Source: Candidatus Micrarchaeota archaeon | Lineage (GTDB): Archaea > Micrarchaeota > Micrarchaeia > Micrarchaeales > Micrarchaeaceae | DNA: 34,153 nt | Assembly: GCA_964398805.1 (NCBI GenBank) | Contig: CAYNNI010000043.1 | Span: 1 to 34,153 of the forward strand | Direction of reading: 5' to 3' | Part shown: piece after piece, positions 31,624 through 34,153 of the stretch | Position numbering within the stretch: the stretch's first letter is position 1 | Layout: each line of letters opens with the position of its first letter | The notes under the pieces: generated by a model | The model's database searches: none | Told to the model about the DNA's origin: nothing | The model's input: only the letters and a program-made list of their open reading frames with translations | Program-made: the position numbers and the translations under genes

Positions 31624-31751
31624 GGGCTGGGCGCAGGCAAGTCTGACATATGCGTGCAGATCCGTGCATTGAGTTGAGATTCTTTACCCTGTGGTTACGG
31701 CTGGGAAATCAGCGGTGCTAACACAATGCATGGGCATACTGCGCCCAGCCG
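31624..31751. ncRNA. Candidate structured non-coding RNA of unknown class (~127 nt)
   Basis: It lies in a convergent intergenic region. A perfect 12-bp closing helix pairs GGCTGGGCGCAG (31625-31636) with CTGCGCCCAGCC (31739-31750). A nested helix pairs TGCATTG (31665-31671) with CAATGCA (31724-31730), extendable to 10 of 12 bp. A small hairpin pairs GTCTG with CAGAT (31641-31661). GGCTGGG recurs at 31699-31705. Confidence 0.35.
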
Positions 31752-31765
31752 CGCTTTATTGCAAA

Positions 31766-31775
31766 TCTAAAAACT
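31766..31775 (-). terminator. Candidate oligo-T terminator after the COG2403 gene
   Basis: The minus strand reads AAGTTTTTAG, with a T5 run 12-16 nt after the stop codon at 31785-31787. Confidence 0.35.
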
Positions 31776-31784
31776 TAGGGCAGG

Positions 31785-33107
31785 CTACTTTGTTTTTCGC
31801 GCGAATCTATCGATTATCCTGTCCAGTTCGGCATCCTTCGGTTTCAGTTCGTAGTTAACGTGCACGATGGGCTTGTTCACATTTATTATATGCCTCAGGT
31901 TTATAGGTGTCGCGGACACAACCACGTCGCAGTCGGCGTTGTTCACCGTGGCTTCCAGGTCCCGTATCTGTTTCGGGCTGTATCCCACTGCCGGTAGCTC
32001 TAGGTTCAGCCTCGGATACCGCTCGAACGCATCTTTTATCGTGCCCACAGCGTATTTCTTGGCACTCACCACTTCCTTCGCTCCGTAGGCTTCTGCCGCC
32101 ACCTTGCCTGCGCCGAAAAGCATACCCCCATGGGTTATGGTCGGACCATCCTCTATGATTAGGACTCTCTTGCCCTTTATGATCCTCGGGTTGTCAGGCG
32201 TAACTACGGAATCCGCATATATGATTGGCGCGCCTTTGTTTATTCGCCTCAGGTTGCCCTGCAGTTCCTCCAGCTGCTCCTTCGTTGCGGAATTTACCTT
32301 GTTTATCAGCAGCACGTCAGCCATCCTCGCCGAGGTCTCCCCCGGATAATAAGTGAGCTCGTTTCCAACGCGCAGCGGGTCCGCGACCGTTATCATCAAG
32401 TCCGGCTTTATGAACGGGGTATCGTTGTTTCCGCCATCCCATATTATGATATCCGCCTCCTTTTCGGCTGCCCTTAGGATCCTTTCGTAGTCTACGCCCG
32501 CAAACACCACGGAGCCGTTCCTGATGTGCGGCTCGTAGTCCTCCCGCTCCTCTATCGTGGTCTTGTAATTGTCCAGGTCCTTAAGGGTCTCGAAGCGCTC
32601 GACTGCCTGCTTCTTCAGGTTGCCATAGGGCATCGGATGCCTTATTATCACGGTCCTGACCCCCCGTTCGCGCAGCAGTTTGGCGATGTACCTGCTCGTC
32701 TGGCTCTTTCCTGCGCCTGTCCTTACCGCGCACACTGCTATGACGGGCTTGTCTGACTTCAGCATCTCGCGCTCCGGCGCCACCAGCCAGAAGTCCGCAC
32801 CGCACGCATTGACTAGGCAAGCCTTCTCCATCACCGTATCGTACGGCAGGTCGCTGTACGAGAGTATGCAAATCTCGGCTTTGGCCCTTCTTATAAGGTC
32901 TGCCAGTTCGCTCTCGTCGTGTATCTGTATCCCTCCCAGATAGAGCCTGCCGGCTAGTTCCTTCGGGTACGTGCGTTCGGAGATGAAGGGAATCTGCGCA
33001 GCAGTGAACGCCACCACTTCATAGGCATCATTGTTCCTGAACAGCATGTTGAAGCAATGGAAGTCCCTCCCAGCGGCCCCGATTATTATGACTCTCTTCC
33101 TCTCCAT
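31785..33107 (-). CDS. COG2403-family P-loop NTPase (databases annotate this family as predicted GTPase or cyclic 2,3-diphosphoglycerate synthetase-like)
   Basis: The 440-aa ORF reads VIIIGAAGRDFHCFNMLFRNN..YEVVAFTAAQIP...YPKELAG, with the P-loop AVCAVRTGAGKSQTS, then IRHPMPYG...TIEEREDYEP...WDGGNND.PF.KPDL...IIEDGPTITHGGM. Confidence 0.75.
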   Translation of the reverse strand: MERKRVIIIGAAGRDFHCFNMLFRNNDAYEVVAFTAAQIPFISERTYPKELAGRLYLGGIQIHDESELADLIRRAKAEICILSYSDLPYDTVMEKACLVNACGADFWLVAPEREMLKSDKPVIAVCAVRTGAGKSQTSRYIAKLLRERGVRTVIIRHPMPYGNLKKQAVERFETLKDLDNYKTTIEEREDYEPHIRNGSVVFAGVDYERILRAAEKEADIIIWDGGNNDTPFIKPDLMITVADPLRVGNELTYYPGETSARMADVLLINKVNSATKEQLEELQGNLRRINKGAPIIYADSVVTPDNPRIIKGKRVLIIEDGPTITHGGMLFGAGKVAAEAYGAKEVVSAKKYAVGTIKDAFERYPRLNLELPAVGYSPKQIRDLEATVNNADCDVVVSATPINLRHIINVNKPIVHVNYELKPKDAELDRIIDRFARKTK

Positions 33108-33118
33108 GCGGTCCCGAC

Positions 33119-34153
33119 TTAATACAAGGACATGATCCCTCTATATCTTAACTCTTGCGGAGCCTTTCCAGCGATTGCAACGCGATTCCCGCACGCTTTG
33201 CATCTGCTCTCTTTATCCAGGCGCCATTCTGTGATTTCGAATCCGAATCTACCTATGGAAAGCTCGCCGCATTCCGGGCAGTATGTGCTTTCGTACCTGT
33301 TCCCGGGCACGTTGCCTATGTAGACGTAGTTCAATCCGCTGCTCTTCGCGATGTCGTAATGGCTCTTGAGGGTATCATAAGGCGTATCCGGAACATCAAG
33401 CATTTTATAGTCCGGATGGAACCGGGTGAACTGTACCGGGGTGTCCGGACCCAGCTCTTTACACACCCATTTCATCAGTTCACCGCATGCCTTAGCGGAG
33501 TCCCCAACCCCAGGCACCACCAAATCCGTGATCTCGATATGGATTCCTGCCTTCTTAAGCTCCAGAAGCGCTTCTTTTATCGGATCGCTTGACGGGATTG
33601 CAGAATATTTCCTGACGAAGCTCTGCTCGCCGCTGCCTTTGAAATCCACAACCACGGCATCTATCTGGCCCTCCATCTCATGGATCGCCTCCGCTGTCAT
33701 GTACCCGTTTGTCACGAATACGTTGAACATGCCCTTCTCATGGGCGATCTTTGCAGTGTCCAGGGCGTATTCCAGGAATATAGTCGGCTCGTTGTATGTG
33801 TAGGCCATTCCCTGCACATCGTTTCCAATTGCCCGCGCGACTGCATCTTCGGGCGAAACCTCCACGCCAAGCCCCCGGTGCTCCTTGGACATCTCCGGGT
33901 TCTGGCAGAATGCGCAGTCGAAATTGCAAGAAGGCGTGCCCACCCCGAGAACATAGCTGCCCGGCATGAAGTGGTTAAACGGCTTCTTCTCTATGGGATC
34001 TATCTGCATCGCCTCGAGCAGTCCGTAGTTCGCAAGGCAGAGCTTTCCGCGGACGTTCTGCCTCATGAAGCAGAATCCGTGAGAGCCTTCAGGTATTTTG
34101 CACCGCCTTGCGCAGGCAGTGCACTCCGCCTTGCTTCCCCCTGCCGGCTTCCA
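33119..34153 (-). CDS. AmmeMemoRadiSam-system-type radical SAM enzyme (5' end runs off the window)
   Basis: The sequence reads ...CTACARRCKIPEGSHGFCFMRQNVRGKL...DPIEKKPFNHFMPGS..L..GT.SCNFDCAFCQNPEMS (CxxxCxxC). The C-terminal zinc-ribbon-like part reads CPECGE...CKACGN. The reading frame stays open to position 34153. Confidence 0.8.
   Translation of the reverse strand, partial: WKPAGGSKAECTACARRCKIPEGSHGFCFMRQNVRGKLCLANYGLLEAMQIDPIEKKPFNHFMPGSYVLGVGTPSCNFDCAFCQNPEMSKEHRGLGVEVSPEDAVARAIGNDVQGMAYTYNEPTIFLEYALDTAKIAHEKGMFNVFVTNGYMTAEAIHEMEGQIDAVVVDFKGSGEQSFVRKYSAIPSSDPIKEALLELKKAGIHIEITDLVVPGVGDSAKACGELMKWVCKELGPDTPVQFTRFHPDYKMLDVPDTPYDTLKSHYDIAKSSGLNYVYIGNVPGNRYESTYCPECGELSIGRFGFEITEWRLDKESRCKACGNRVAIAGKAPQELRYRGIMSLY

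Noticed and set aside
31624-31751. Calling the structured element a 5S rRNA outright.
   Set aside because: Size and closing helix fit, and there is a weak loop-C-like string on the minus strand. However, the second arm is only about 27 nt, I find no loop-E-type motif, and the arm proportions are wrong on either strand. I kept it as an unknown ncRNA candidate only.
1-34153. CRISPR arrays, transposases or integrases, prophage genes, or known defence or toxin systems.
   Set aside because: I found no repeat-spacer periodicity and no ORF with recombinase, nuclease-defence or toxin signatures. The only accessory-looking DNA is the decayed LamG and MFS remnants.

Overview
This window looks like core chromosome from a small-genome archaeon, probably DPANN or Micrarchaeota-like. 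That placement rests on gene content and on the tRNA-splicing endonuclease architecture.

Gene content:
- Information processing: PCNA, RNase P Rpp21, a uL3-uL4-uL23-uL2-uS19-uL22-uS3 operon, eL15, TFE, GINS, eL42 (L44e), aIF2-alpha, RadA, diphthine synthase and EndA.
- Metabolism and proteolysis: a very large AglB/STT3 oligosaccharyltransferase, LipA with a split LplA/LplB lipoate ligase, ITPase, M1 and M24 peptidases, a two-subunit 2-oxoacid:ferredoxin oxidoreductase, Maf, a DUF92 membrane protein, acylphosphatase, a COG2403 P-loop protein and a partial AmmeMemoRadiSam-type radical SAM enzyme.
- Genes are tightly packed, often with ATGA-type start/stop overlaps. Codon usage strongly favours AUA (Ile) and AGG (Arg).

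I found no CRISPR array, transposase, integrase or recognisable defence or toxin system, and no clearly novel multi-gene system.

Most notable observations:
1. Four tRNA genes, three with introns at three different positions: canonical 37/38 in tRNA-Ile(UAU), inside the anticodon stem in tRNA-Gly(CCC), and inside the T-loop in tRNA-Lys(CUU). A ~390-aa three-unit-like EndA sits beside tRNA-Lys.
2. Lysine-rich low-complexity extensions on uL22 and TFE.
3. AglB is spliced directly onto the end of a truncated ribosomal-protein operon.
4. Three clearly decayed genes, plus a possibly split Brix-like gene: a LamG remnant, a frameshifted FMN reductase and a half MFS transporter with an in-frame TGA.
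5. A ~127-nt structured non-coding element of unknown class.

All calls come from reading the translations and the sequence by eye; no searches were run.
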